Positions 1-14,798 of a stretch of 64,000 nucleotides of DNA are shown here, one piece after another. The DNA is taken from the NCBI GenBank assembly GCA_951406725.2, contig OX597831.1:63612001-63676000 (forward strand). The letters are read 5' to 3'. Numbering within the stretch: the first letter of the stretch is position 1; each line of letters opens with the position of its first letter. Source of the DNA: Octopus vulgaris (lineage: Eukaryota). Both the position numbers and the translations under genes were made by a program. The notes beneath the pieces are model-generated. The model worked only from the letters and a program-made list of their open reading frames with translations. It made no database searches and had not been told where the DNA came from.

Positions 1-1100
1 TTCCTAACAACCATTCGTTGCCTCTTTATAATCACACAAAAAAAAAACGATCAAAATATTTCTGAAATGGAGGTTAATTTCATTGCAGTCTACGTTAAGT
101 GGTTGCAATGAGAGTTATTAAGTTATTATATTCACACTCAAAACTAACAATAAAATCATTGTTCGTGAAAGGAGGTCGGACGAGAGAGTATTTTAACTAA
201 GCAATATAACTATATAAGCCTCTTCATAGAAGTGACCCATCACACAAGGTCTGCGTGCGATAAGAGAATTAGGAGCTGTTGCTTCTCGTCTCTGTCTCTT
301 TGGTGATTGTAGGTCATCTTTATCGCTTAGTCAGGACAAAATACAGGATCGATGACCTTATACAGGACCACTGAGACTGGGTAATATCCTCAAAATAAGT
401 AGGAAACATCCTCAAACGAAAAATTTAGTCCGAATCCTTGCAGCATAGTGGACTCCGTTAACAACGTCTAAGGATCATGTGTTTCCGTTAAGTCTAGCGG
501 CGAATTAAGTCTATTCAAGGAGGTCACTGCATTTGAACTCAGAATGCAATGAACCGGAACAAATTTCGCAAGACATTTCATCCGATACTCTAGCAGTTTC
601 ACAACAAATCCCAGCCCAACACTGGCAACTTATTTAGAGACCTCTGAAGAAATCCGCGGTAGGATTTGATCGCAGAATTCAAGTTGCCAGGAGAACATAA
701 GGAGGCGAGTAATGACTGCAAGGCATTTCGCCCGAAGCTCAAATGACTTTGCCCATTCGCCATAGCTAAACACATGAATATTTTGAAGCTCAGTTTCTTC
801 ATCAGGATGCCCTTATACCTTATGGCATTATGGGAGCCAAATGTTGAGGATTAAAATACTCGATTACCAGTATTGTTTACTATAAATAACTAAAGCAACA
901 TCTTTATGAGTTCCTTCCCTGTTCTGTTCCAGGTTATTCATATAAAACTAAGCTATTGACAAATTTTAAAGCCATCCTAACAATTAGTGGTAGTTGTGAT
1001 TTTTTTTTTTACTATCTGGTGGAGATATATGAACATATTCGACAATCCTTTAGAGAGGCAGGAACGTAAAATGTCTAAGAACGTGGACCCACAAATAATC

Positions 1101-1515
1101 CTTTCTTCTCTAGGCACAAAGCTTGAAATTTTGGGGGAGTGGGTTAGTCGATTACATCGACCCCAGTACTCCACCGGTATTTATTTTATAGACTTCCAAA
1201 GGATGAAAGGTAAAGTCGGCGTCTGCGGATTTGAACTCAGAACGTAAAAGCAGACAAAATGCCGCTAAGCATTTTGCCTTGCTTGCTAACGATTCTTATT
1301 TCTTTGCTACCCACAAAGGGCCACACAAGGACAGACAAACGGATTAAGTCAATTATATCGACCCCAGTGCGTAACTGGTACTTAATTTATCGACCCCCGA
1401 AAGGATGAAAAGTAAAGTCAACCTCGGCGGAGTTTGAACTCAGAACGTAACGGCAGACGAAATACTGCTAAGCATTTCGTCCGGCGTGCTAACGATTCTG
1501 CCAGCTCGCCACCTT
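1101..1515 (-). mobile_element. Two joined tRNA-derived Nin-domain-like SINE units (family B)
   Basis: Two runs of the ATCGACCCC..AGGATGAAAGG..AAGTC..TTTGAACTCAGAACGTAA motif, joined at AACGATTCT|TATTTC (~1288-1300). Confidence 0.8.
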
Positions 1516-2087
1516 TGGACTTACTAATAATAGCAGTCAAATTAACCAAGGTGAGATACATTGAGTAGAGTAGTCTTATGTTTTGTCATGTCTTGACGTT
1601 CTAACAAAATAAAAGCAGGTTAGTCGTGATCGGGACGCCTTTCAGCACATTTGCTCTATCGGTTTTCACGTAGAAGCTAAACAACTACAATAATTTGTTG
1701 CTATACATACGAACACATTATGTATACATTTTATTATTGCCGTCTAAATGAAGCCCACCTTTCTCTCCCCCAGTCTATTCAGTCTAATGATGATCAGTCT
1801 CACTCCCCACTTGTTCTGGTGGTCCGTTAAGAACTGGTTGTTGTATGAATAGAGAAGAACATAAAAGCAACAGGTTGTTTTTTTTTTTTTTGGCGCATTC
1901 TTCCTCCTCGGAGTTTATTTTCCTCTGAAAAGAAGTTATTTCTTCTCATATACCTAACTTTGTTCACTTCTCTTTCATTCAATACGACTTTTTTTTCCGG
2001 TTCTTTTGTATTTAAATGCTTCTTTTATTTACGTAAAGATCATTATGCATACATTCGCGCGCCCGTGTATTGGCATGTATGTATAAA

Positions 2088-2091
<4 letters not shown>

Positions 2092-2131
<40 letters not shown>

Positions 2132-2225
2132 CGCCAGCACACACACATATATGCATAGAATAATTTACTTGATTGTGTATGTTCTAAAGAAAAAGATCAG
2201 ATACATCAGATACAGATATATATAT

Positions 2226-2270
<45 letters not shown>
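2092..2270. repeat. (TA)n and (CA)n microsatellites
   Basis: Direct reading. Confidence 0.95.
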
Positions 2271-2275
<5 letters not shown>

Positions 2276-2409
2276 ACTCACACAAAAGGTTAATACTTAT
2301 TTTTACACATGAAGCTCGCCCTCTCATTCTTAAACGGTTCGCGGGTAAACTAACTTCTAGGGAGCTTTTGTCCCCTATTTTTCAGCGTTTGCTAAAATGA
2401 CTATAATTT

Positions 2410-3100
2410 AATCTCTCTCTCCCTCCCTTCCTCCTTGGCTCTTTGTTATCTTTTGAAGAGATGGACAAAGCTTTTAATTGAAAATTGTGGAATGCAATAA
2501 GCTTTCTCATCTTCTCTCTCTCTCCCCTTCTCTCTCTCTCTCCATATATATATATATATATATATACCTCTGCACCTCTTTATTTATATACTCCTACCTT
2601 ATTTTATACTCTGACTTTAATAGAAACAGTTCAGTATGATGCAGACCATTGTTTTACAACCACATCTCTCTCGGTAAACCTTCATCTCCACATATACACA
2701 CTCTCTCTCTTTCTCTCTCTCACTCTCCATCTCTCTCTCTCTCTCTTTCCTTCCCACATTCCTCCTCTCTTATCCCTCCTACTGTTATGCTCGCTCCTCC
2801 TATTCTGTGCCTCCCCCTCTTCATCTCCTTAATCTCTCCTCCACCCATCGCTCTCGATTACCTTCTTGCTCTTTCCCCTCACACCCATTCGTCCCCGCCT
2901 CACCCTTACCCTCTACCCCCTCTCCTCAATTTCTGCCCACCTTTTTTTCCTCTCTCTTCCTAATCACCTTCTTTCACTCAACTGTGTCCCAGCCCCTCTC
3001 ATTCATTCATTTCTCCTCCATTATCTCTACCCCCACTTCACCCCTGTCACACTAGCTTTCCCACCTTCTCGGCGGCCCCTACAACTGACCCATTATATTC
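2410..3100. repeat. Low-complexity CT-rich polypyrimidine tract
   Basis: Long degenerate C/T runs; the overlapping ORFs are S/L/P low complexity. Confidence 0.85.
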
Positions 3101-3563
3101 ATGCCATAAAACTGCACCCAACATTGTACTTATTTTTCCACTCAATTCATTTGCTCCCTGTCCATTGTTATTTCCCTACTTCAGTTAGGAATAAGCAACA
3201 ATTATATATTGCTCACAGTCAGCGCCAACTAAACCAGGAATATATTTTCCTATCGTCTTCAGCTTACATGTTTGTGCGGAGACCACAACGATAGTTTGTT
3301 AGTGAAGACGAACTGAATTTGTTTCTAGTTAACCTTTTTTTATTCTATTGTTATATATTTCGGGATGGTCGATTCTTTCAACATTAAATGCGTTAACACT
3401 GAACTATTGTTTAAAATAATACTCCTAACATTAAACATGTTAGCGCTCCACTACTGGTTCGGAATAGTTTTTTTGCTGTTGTTTTGTTACCACCTTACTT
3501 CGAGATTGAGTATTGAACTCTCACCGTTTTGTACGTTATAGTTACCAATGCAGCAGAACACAG

Positions 3564-3982
<419 letters not shown>

Positions 3983-5562
3983 AGTTTATTTGTGAACCTT
4001 TTTTGTTACTGCTACTCATAATGCCTCCCTTTCCACTGACGAACTTGTTAGAATGTCGGACAAACAAAATACCTTGTGATATTTAGTCATGCCCTTCTAC
4101 GTTCTAAATTCCAGTCCCGCCGAGGTGGAGTTTGCCCCATTCTACCATACGACGAGATATAATAATAATGAACCAGTCGAGATCTAGTATCGTTTTTTTT
4201 ATTCCTTTAATAACATCCTAAGATGTGTATGGAATCGTAATAGAATACCGAATAAGGTACTACGTCGAGCCGCAGCTGGTTGTTATCATCTAGACGGCAA
4301 CGGCAACTTGTGTGGTGTTTATAGACAAAAATATTTCAGCCTGGCTGGGTCTCTAACCACCTTGCAAGAAATAAGCTTCAACTGTAATAATAAATAATAC
4401 TTGTTATTTAACCGAAAATTAGGCCTGATTAATCAGATCGATTATCGAAGGTATGCCAAACGTAACCATGCTATCTTTTAAAAAAATACATAATGTATCT
4501 TATCCAATGTACCCTTCTGTTTTTTTTCCTTCGTTTTTACTAACACTAATTTGACTTAGCTTCTATTTCTAACAAGCCGTTAGCTCGAATGTAGTAGTAG
4601 TAGTAGTAGTAGTAGTAGGGGACAGGTGCTCGTCGTCGTTGTAGTAATGGTGAGTGTTAAAACGTGATTATCACGTAATCAAATATGAAAACTCAAGAAA
4701 AATAAACCATGTTCCTTAATTGCTACTCGCTACGGTTAATTCTTCTCTCTGTTTCATTCACTTTTTCTTCGTCTCTCTCTCTCTCTCTCTCTCTTTCTCC
4801 CCTTATACACACACACATATGTATTCTGGTGCAGTGAATGTCCGTTATGGAGGACCACTTGTGAGCGACATTCAATGGACATTTCAAATTTCAGGTTACT
4901 TTTAGACTTTCCCCGGTTGCAGAAACTGAACAGGTGTATTAATATTGCTCACATAGACAGGACACACGCACACAGACACACACTAACACACACACACAGA
5001 GTAACTTAAACATATTCACAGTATGATTTACACTTAACACACACACACACACACACAAACGGCTAATAACTTACACACAGACACATTAAGTAATGTAAAG
5101 CGAGACGCCTCCAATGACTTACACACAGACACACGCCATAGTATGTACACAAAGCATCCTCTACATCCAAAAACTTGAACGTAACGTACACACACAATAG
5201 CTGACACGCACAAACATATGCATCGTTACATATCTACACACACATACACTGAATCAGTAGTATCAACAATACGTTGGAAAGCAACAATGAGCAACAGAGA
5301 GCGTAGGTGTTTAAACTTGGGGAAAACGAGTTCGCAACACAGGTTCGCTTCACAGCATTTGTTATTTCACATATTGTGCCAGTGGTGGTAAAGAAATGCT
5401 AAAGCCGAATACCTTCTGCTTTCTATATTTTCTGCAATCAATATGTTCTATCAACATGTTGACCAAAGTTAATCAAATGTAATTATCTCTATCACAATAA
5501 TCTTTGATTAGGTAAAATATATAAAAATCCATCATTATTCATTAGCGACTGAGGCGGAAACA

Positions 5563-5976
5563 AGATCTTTTCGGTTTCAACGGCAGTTTTTTTAAAAATA
5601 ATTTCCACGTAACTAAACACTTTTAAACTTCGTATACTGGTAGACTGTGTTTATAAAACATCTTTTTCTCTTGGCTCTATTGAGAAAATTCTATGGTTTG
5701 TAAGATATTTGTTGTTTTTTTCTTCAATTTCTGCAATTTCAACCAATCACTGACGTCTAATTGAGGTAAAAAAGACATTCTGTGCCGTATGAATATGTCC
5801 CTCGTTTAAGAAACAGATTGGGTTTATTTACATTTGTGAAGAAAAAAGATACCCTTCCCCCACCCCTAACCCTAAAACAGATTGAAATGCAATAGATCGA
5901 TTCTAGGGTCATAATTATGGGTGACAATTTCATATGACACCGCTAGAAAAAACTGCCGTTCAAACCGAAAAGATCC
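5563..5976 (-). mobile_element. Merlin-like MITE copy 1 (strand arbitrary; + = TTAGGG-bearing strand)
   Basis: TIRs AGATCTTTTCGGTTTCAACGGCAGTTTTT / AAAAAACTGCCGTTCAAACCGAAAAGATCC; perfect 8-bp TSD CGGAAACA (5555-5562, 5977-5984). Confidence 0.92.
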
Positions 5977-6454
5977 CGGAAACATTCTCCCTTACACCTA
6001 ACTACCGCAGTATAGTTTGTTCTAACAGAACACCCACGTTTAAGTGGAAATATATATTATTCATCGTTATTGTTTCCTAATGGTCTTGGGATGTATATTT
6101 ACAAACAATTTTTATTAAAAATCTATTTTACTCCGATTTACGTAAAAGGTGGAAAATGGTGGGCATCCAGGAAACGAACTTTGTGAGACCATTTCTATTA
6201 AATTTTCGGAGCAGTTTCATATTGCACATCCACCCGTGCTTTTTCAAAATCTTTAAAGCATCGGAGAAAATTCCTTGTGGTATCATCGCCTTTTACTTTC
6301 TGAGTTCACATCAAGCTGCAGTAATCAACTTGGATTTCCGTCCTTCAGGGTTCCATAAAGCATAGCCATTCAAATCCTTGTGGTCTTTTCCATTCATGTA
6401 ATACACTCTAGATGTGATTCGAAATATAACAGAACACATATAGGTCATGATACC

Positions 6455-6683
6455 TATTTCTTTACTACCCACAAGGGGCTAAACACAGAGAGGACAAACA
6501 AACGGATTAAGTCGATTATATCGACCCCCGTGCTTAACTGGTACTTAATTTATCGACCACGAAAGGATGAAAGGCAAAGTCGACCTCGGCGGAATTTGAA
6601 CTCAGAACGTAGCGGCAGACGAAATACCTATTTCTTTACTACCCACAAAGGGCTAAACACGTTTCTGCCAGCTCGCCGCCTTT
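6455..6683 (-). mobile_element. Family B SINE with partial tandem unit
   Basis: SINE body; 16-bp TSD TATAGGTCAT(G/C)ATACC at 6439-6454 and 6684-6699. Confidence 0.85.
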
Positions 6684-7005
6684 TATAGGTCATCATACCG
6701 ATGCTAGCTTTGGGAAAGACTTGAACTTAATCTTTAACACTTTTCATACGACATTAATTCGTAAGTGTTTCATCAAGACGTCGTCCGTTTAAGATATTTC
6801 AGCCATTCTTAATATTACACGACTTTATTTCTCTGCTGTTTTTCTTTCTCTTTTTCTCTAACACCCTATTTTCTTTCAACCTTGTATAGTTTTCTTATCT
6901 CTTTCTTTTCTTCCTCCCTTTCTTTCTATCTTACCCTGTCTCCCTCTGCATATATCTCTGTGTATATATATATGTGTGTATATACGCACACATACATACC
7001 CCACT

Positions 7006-7079
<74 letters not shown>

Positions 7080-7230
7080 AGAGATAGATAGATAGAGAGA
7101 GAGATAACCAGCTTCCGTTAACTGATGATCCAGTGCCTTTTTCTATGCGTATATAATTACGTGGCGACATTTAAATTTTCTCGTGAACATTATGACTAAT
7201 TTTTACTTTAGCGAGCCTAGTAACACACCA

Positions 7231-7560
7231 TAGAGGCGGAAACACTCTCCCTTACACCTAACTCTAATACGAAGATGCAAATGATTAAAACTAAATCTAA
7301 CATTACGTACCAACCCACTAAGGAGTCTTCTTTCAGTGAAGAGCAGGTTAATAAATAACTTATCTTCTGTGTGGGGGGAATATATTGTCCCAGCAGGACA
7401 GACCAAAATGTAAACACATGCTGTTGAATGTTACGTTTTAAGGAAGGGTTTGGCGGGCTCCCAGCGGTTAGGGGTTAGCACGTGTCATTAGGTTTTGTTT
7501 TGAATAAATGCGTCTTCATATTATTATCGTTGAAGCGGTGGAAGAATGTTTCCAACTTTA
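7231..7560. mobile_element. Older foldback/MITE-like element with degenerate inverted ends
   Basis: GAGGCGGAAACACTCTCC..TAATACGAAGATGCA at the left mirrors TGCGTCTTCATATTA..GAAGAATGTTTCCAAC at the right; TA at both flanks. Confidence 0.5.
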
Positions 7561-7764
7561 TAGCAAATTCTGGAGAATAAATAAAGGTATTATATGAAGG
7601 TTTAGTAACGAAAACAACATATAATAATGCGGCGGCAGCAACCTTCTAGAAATATACTCAGAGCTACTATTAGATGACCTCTTTTAATCCGGCACGGGTC
7701 TGGAACTAAGGAAGCGGGAAAATTGGCTGTGTACTTGTATATACACGTGTGTGTGTGTGTGCAT

Positions 7765-8065
<301 letters not shown>

Positions 8066-8460
8066 TTGTGTGGGTGGATGTGGGTGTGGGAAGAGTCTTT
8101 GTTCTAGTTTTATCTATATTCCTGCTACATGATGATGACACAGAAGTCTATAAACCAATCAATGCCACTTACTGGCATCCCGGTACGTGACTTATACACA
8201 TTAAAGCCGTTCTGCTTTTTCTTCTATGCATTACTTCTAGGTCCGCAAACTCTGATTTATTTGCTTTGCAGGCCTACCTACATATCTTTTGTGTCACGCT
8301 CCTAACTATAGAACGAAATCAAAGGCATATACGTGTATAATTTTCAATCTTCCTGAAGATAATCGACTGCTAAACTACAGGATGAAAACGAGGACATAAT
8401 TTATTTGCGATGCAACTTTTATATTATTTATAAGCCTGATAAATGATGATTTTAAATTGT

Positions 8461-9005
<545 letters not shown>

Positions 9006-9322
9006 AGCCTGCACCTATAATATATTTTAAGAATCCATTATTCAGTAGAGAGCAGCTGCTATGTTTTATTCACTGGGACTGTATGTTCAATTCTAGCCAT
9101 ATAACTTTCTTCTGATATTAAGGAAAAATTGTCTTCTTTTTTGTTCCTTAGTTAAGACTTACTTCCTGTTTACTTCCTGACATAAAGTAAAAAGATTAAA
9201 AAGTGGCAACATATGTTTCACCACGAATATAGCTTTCAAATTTGTTGTTTCCTTAGACACCACATTCAATACTAACTATGTGGTCCTCTACATCAGCTGA
9301 AGAATCAAATGTTAAAAAAAGA

Positions 9323-9754
9323 GGATAGTTTCGGTTTGAACGGCAGTTTTTTCTAACGGTGTCATATGAAATTGTCACCCATAATTATGACCCTAGAATC
9401 GATATATTGCATTTCAATCTGTTTTAGGATTAGGGTTAGTTAGGTTTAGGGTTAGGGGTGGGGGAAGGGTATCTTTTTTCTTCACAAATGTAAATAAACC
9501 CAATCGGATTCTTAAACGAGGGACATATTCATACGGCACAGAATGTTTTCAACTCAATAGACGTCATTGATTGGTTGAAATTGCAGGAATTGAAGAGAAA
9601 AAACACAACAAATATCTTACAAACTATAGAATTTTCTCAATAAAGTCAAGAGAAAAAGATGTTTTATAAACACATTCTACCAGTATACGAAGTTTAAAAG
9701 TGTTTAGTTACCTAGAAATTATGTTAAAAACTGCCATTGAAACCGAAAATATCC
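9323..9754 (+). mobile_element. Merlin-like MITE copy 2
   Basis: Full-length match; flanks AAAAAAGA / AAAAGAGA (7/8); long TTAGGG-variant tract. Confidence 0.9.
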
Positions 9755-10311
9755 AAAAGAGAATACATTTTGAAAATAATTGTAAATATTTATATATTAC
9801 AAGACTCTTTACAAGAGTCCAATCATCTTACAGTTTTCAAAAAAACTGCAAAATTCCTACGGGCAATAGCTATTATAAACTACTTTGAGCTTGAGGCAAA
9901 ATTTTATTCTGGGATATATGACTGAGACAACAGTATTATATGCTAGTATCTTATTTCATCGACTTCGTGAACGCTAACGACAAAGTTGATCGCCGAGCAG
10001 GATTCCTAATTCTTCCAAAGAGTATTAGCTGTTACAGGAAAAGAGAAATGTCTTTGCTGAGATTTGGACTGGACCGGTGTCTAGAACCGCTTGAAAGACT
10101 ATCTTTTGTTGTGCAATATTTGTCGACAGTGGCAATACTTTATCGCATTGCCAGTAGATAATCGAGTGATCGACAACAACTTTACTTTGGTATTTATTTG
10201 TTGTTGTGGGTTTGTGTCAGCCTGGTGGAACTTACGATCAAATCCATTTCAAACGTGGACTATTCATCCCTTCGTTTTCTATATCTAAGATTAAGTTGTC
10301 CAATACATCTT

Positions 10312-10722
10312 GGATCCTTTCGGTTTGAACGGCTGTTTCTTCTAGCGGTGTCATATGAAATTGTCACCCATAATTATGACCCTAGTATCGATCTATTGCA
10401 TTTCAATCTGTTTTAGGGTTAGGGGTGGGGGAAGGGTATCTTTTTTTCTTCAGAAATGTAAATAAACCCAATCTGTTTCTTAAACGAGGGACATGTTCAT
10501 ACGGCACAGAATTTTTTTAACCTCAATAGACGTCAATGATTGGTTGGAATTGCAGAAATTGAAGAAAAGAAACACCAAATATCTTACAAACTATAGAATT
10601 TTCTCAATAAAGCCAAGAGAAAAAAGATGTTTTATAAACACATTCTACCAGTATACGAAGTTTAAAAGTGTTTAGTTACCTAGAAATTATGTTAAAAACT
10701 GCCGTTCAAACCGAAAAGAACC
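10312..10722 (+). mobile_element. Merlin-like MITE copy 3
   Basis: Full-length match; no recognisable TSD. Confidence 0.9.
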
Positions 10723-11296
10723 TCACTGAATATTATAAAATGAGTTAGGAAATTAGTGAAAAAACTCTTAAATCAGATTTCCTTCTAGTGACACCTGTTG
10801 ATTCTTGTCCTCTGCCTTACCTTGTAACCTTTCTCAGATTTAGTTTTGGTATTCAATTATCAGCAAGAATCTGATACCTGTCACTAAAAATCTGATATCT
10901 TATAACAAGAAGAATATGATATCATCCGTCACACAAGATAGAGTTTCACTTCGAATCCGATCCGGCAAACATAACAAGCACACATGAATCGTGTGAACGA
11001 TCTCCCTCTCCATTTTTTAATGGTTTGGTTACAAAAGGAAAGACAACACTCGTGACTTTTTCTAGAACCATTTAGACAGGTGGGAAGAAGGCAAAAGGTT
11101 ATTCTTAGACCTGAGACCTGACCCGAATACTTGCAGCTGAAGGCACTTATGTAGTGTTTAAATTAGTCTACAGAACGCTTGTCTAACTCCAATAAATTTC
11201 TCTGCGAGAGAAATTGAACTCACTACAGCAAACCAAAAAATTGCTTATCTAAGCAACAATCTGCCACTCTTAACAACGATGAATTGTCCCAAATTG

Positions 11297-11707
11297 GGAT
11301 CTTTTCGGTTTGACCGGCAGATTTTTTTAATAATTTCTTTGTAATTAAACACTTTTAAACTTCGTATACTGGTAGAATGTGTTTATAAAACATCTTTTTC
11401 TCTTGGCCTTATTGAGAAAATTCTATAGTTTGTAAGATATTTGTTGTATTTTTTCTTCAATTTCTGCAATTCAACCAATCAATGACGTCCATTGAGGTAA
11501 ACAACATTCTATGCCGTATGAATATGTCCCTCGTTTAAGAAACAGATTGAGTTTATTTACATTTGTGAAGAAAAAAGTAAAACCCTTCCCCCACCCCTAA
11601 CCCTAAAACAGATTGAAATGCAATAGATCGATACTAGGATCTTAATTATGGGTGACAATTTCATATGACACCGCTAGAAAAAACTGCCGTTCCAACCGAA
11701 AAGATTC
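11297..11707 (-). mobile_element. Merlin-like MITE copy 4
   Basis: Full-length match in the opposite orientation to copy 3; no recognisable TSD. Confidence 0.9.
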
Positions 11708-13094
11708 TGCAGTACTTCTTTGAAGCCAGGTAAACTTAAACTCCGTTTCAGACTTTAGTATTTTGGTTTACGTTCGATGGGCATGACACAAAATTCAGAC
11801 CAGACATCTTGAGAAGTTTCCGAGTATTTTATTGATGCCGAATTCATTTAGGATCTCATCTTAAATCAAACTAAAGTAAAAATAAATAAATAAAATCTTA
11901 CTGCTAATTGATTCTCACAGGGCTCTAAAATGTTAGTTCATGAGTTCATAAAGTGTTCAATATATTCCTCCCATGCATTCCAACATCTGACAACAGTTAA
12001 ACTAAACTTCGCTGATGCTGATACTACATCCAAAAGATATGCCACCTCACTACTAAAAATTATAATCCTTATTGCATTCTATTATTAATTAAGGGATTCA
12101 AATTTTGGGGTTGTATCCCCAATCTCTTTAAGGTAACTTTTTTATCTTGTAATTTTAATTAATTAGAAGTTCTTCACACACTTTATTCATTTAGAGTATA
12201 CTTCACTCTTTGATTTCATGCAAAAACTGTCCTTGATAATTTTCTCCTATTCATCCTCGAATACCCGGTGAAACTGTCCTCCTTTGTCCAAACTTTATCT
12301 GAACCTTCTTAACCTCCCTGCGGCGGCTATTTTGACCTTTCTGTTTCATTATATTTTATTTATTTACATTGACCTTAAATTGTTAGTCCTTTCACGGATC
12401 AGCTTCACTAGCTGTCGCCAAGGCAACAATCTATATATTTCATACACAGCTGGAATGTATTAATGTATTTACCTGTAACAATTGCAAGCTTTCTTTCATT
12501 TACTTTATAGTCTGTTGTGTTTTGGGCGGGAAAATATATATTTGAATAAAAAAAAAAACTGCAGTTGGTGACCCAAAGTTGAACTCCCAGTAAATAAATT
12601 TCACGAATTGTTTAGGTAAACTAGGTTGTTTAGGGAATCAAACAACAGTTAAAGGTGAAGGGTTTGTCAAAAGAAGAGTATCTATAGTAACAGGCAGAGA
12701 AAATTAATTATCCGAAGCCTTTCAAATATTTGAATTTCGTGACCGCTGCCAGGTAAGCATGTCAGTGGACAGGTGTACTTGCATTACACTTCTGTCAGTG
12801 GACATTTGAAGCACAACTGTATTGCTAGCTTCCCTTTGTATTGCTTTTATTATCCAGCTAGCAAACAAAAGATACACACTCACACACGCACACACACATT
12901 CACACACACACAACACGAATGGAAACAATTGACATAGTTTGACAAAATCCCTCATGCTGGTTCGTTTCCTGGCTGACTTACCTACCTGTCAGCTTTGCAA
13001 GAAAATAAAATGCTTATCCCGTGGACAGACAACATAAAAAGACCTTTTTGAAGATCCCATTTAAAATTATCAGTAAAAACGACTTCTATATATT

Positions 13095-13307
13095 TTTTCT
13101 GCTCTAAGCACAAGGCCAGAAATTTTGGAGGAGGGGGTCAGTCGATTAGATCGACCCCAGTACGCAACTGGTACTTAATTCATCGACCCCGAAAGGATGA
13201 AAGGCAAAGTCGACTTTGGCGGGATTTGAACTCTGCACGCAAAGACGAACGAAATGCTGCTAAGCATTTGGCCCGGGGTCCTAACGATTCTGCCAGCTCG
13301 CCACCTT
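13095..13307 (-). mobile_element. Family B SINE
   Basis: Near full-length match to the other copies. Confidence 0.85.
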
Positions 13308-13397
13308 TCCTTCACCTGTATAATGATGAATCCAGGAGACATGAATTAATTTAAACTTCAAAGATAACATTACTGCACAGTAAGCTATAGATAATAA

Positions 13398-14010
13398 CGA
13401 TTTCAAATTGTGGCACAAAGCCAGCAATTTAAGGGGATTGGGGGATCTTTTCGGTTTGAACGGCAGTTTTTTCTAGCGGTGTCATATGAAATTGTCACCC
13501 ATAATTATGACCCTAGTATCGAGCTGTTGCATTTCAATCTCTTTTAGGGTTAGGGTTAGTTAGGGTTAGGGTTAGGGGTGGGGGAAGGGTATCTTTTTTT
13601 CCTTCAGTAATGTAAATAAATCCAATCTGTTTCTTAAACGAGGGACATATTCATACAGAATGATTTTTACCTCAATAGACGTCAGTGATTGGTTGAAATT
13701 GCAGAAATTGAAGAAAAAAAAGCAACAAATATCTTACAAACTATAGAATTTTCTCAATAAAGCCATGAGAAAAAAATGTTTTATAAACACATTCTACCAG
13801 TATACGAAGTTAAAATATTTTTAGTTACCTAGAAATTATGTTAAAAACTGCCGTTCAAACCGAAAAGATCCGGATTGGGTAAGTCGATTACATTTACCAC
13901 AGTGTTCACTGCTCCTTATTTTATCGACCCCAAAAGGATAAGTCGGCCTTGGCGGTATTTGAACTCAGTATGTAAAGACGGACGAAATGCTGCCAAGCAT
14001 TTTGCCCTCG
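13398..14010 (-). mobile_element. Family B SINE interrupted by MITE copy 5
   Basis: SINE tail (GGCACAAAGCCAGCAATTT) lies left of the MITE and the body (AAGTCGATTACAT..GAACTCAG) lies right of it. Confidence 0.8.
13443..13871 (+). mobile_element. Merlin-like MITE copy 5
   Basis: Perfect TIRs; perfect 8-bp TSD GGATTGGG (13435-13442, 13872-13879); TTAGGG array 13544-13589. Confidence 0.95.
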
Positions 14011-14379
14011 CAGTCATAGACTTGGATAATATTACCATAATATAATTTCAGTCGTGTGTGATATGCCCCCTCTCTCTTTCTCTCTCTCTCTCTATCTCTC
14101 TTTCTTCCTCTTCCACAAGCTTCACACTGATGATGTATAGCAGTTTGAGATGCTCTCTTTTTTTAATGTTATATACTGGTTTGACACTGTGTATCTAATT
14201 AAGTGTAGTAGTTTGACATTTTAGTAGTTTGAAGTTGCCATTCTGATAACACTAGTTTCACATTCTTGTAGTATATGTCATTAGGGTTCTATTAACCAAT
14301 ATAGGCACGAGATTAGAGCATCAAGGAAGGGGGGCATCACAGAGCTTTCTTCCAGTGCTGGACAAATGGTAAATAATCC

Positions 14380-14740
14380 TATCCACTTGAGGCACAAAGC
14401 CTGAAATTTAGGGGGAGAGGGCTAGTCAATAACATCGACCCTAGTGCTCAACTGGTACTTATCTCATCGACCCCGAAAGGATGAAAAGAAAAGTCGACTT
14501 CTATGGCATTTGATTTCAGAGCGTAATGCTAATCTTTTCACTCGGCGTACTATCGTTTCTTATTTCTTTATAGCCCACAAGGGGCTAAACATAGAGGGGA
14601 GAAAAGCAGGACTGACAAAGGTACTTAATTTATCGACCCCGAAAGGATGAAAGGCATTTGAACTCAGAACACAGCGGCGGATGAAAATACCATTAAGCAT
14701 TTCGCCCAGCGTTCTAACGTTTCTGCCAACTCGCCGTCTT
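14380..14740 (-). mobile_element. Two joined family B SINE units
   Basis: Repeated Nin-like core; junction CGTTTCT|TATTTC at ~14554-14566. Confidence 0.78.
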
Positions 14741-14754
14741 ACAAATGGTAAATT

Positions 14755-14798
14755 ATGACAAGTATATTATCCTAATGACAAGTATATTATCCTAATGA
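14755..14798. repeat. 20-bp tandem duplication
   Basis: ATGACAAGTATATTATCCTA x2. Confidence 0.9.

Noticed and set aside
785-812. CUGAUGA-A-GAAA on the minus strand
   Set aside because: No stem II and no convincing stem I or III.
10304-11715. Inversion between MITE copies 3 and 4 as the reason for missing TSDs
   Set aside because: The flanks do not match as swapped reverse complements.
13544-13589. TTAGGG arrays as a chromosome end or fusion scar
   Set aside because: Every array is short and sits at the same position inside the MITE.
14120-14160. CTGATGA in a CT-rich context
   Set aside because: No GAAA or pairing stems.
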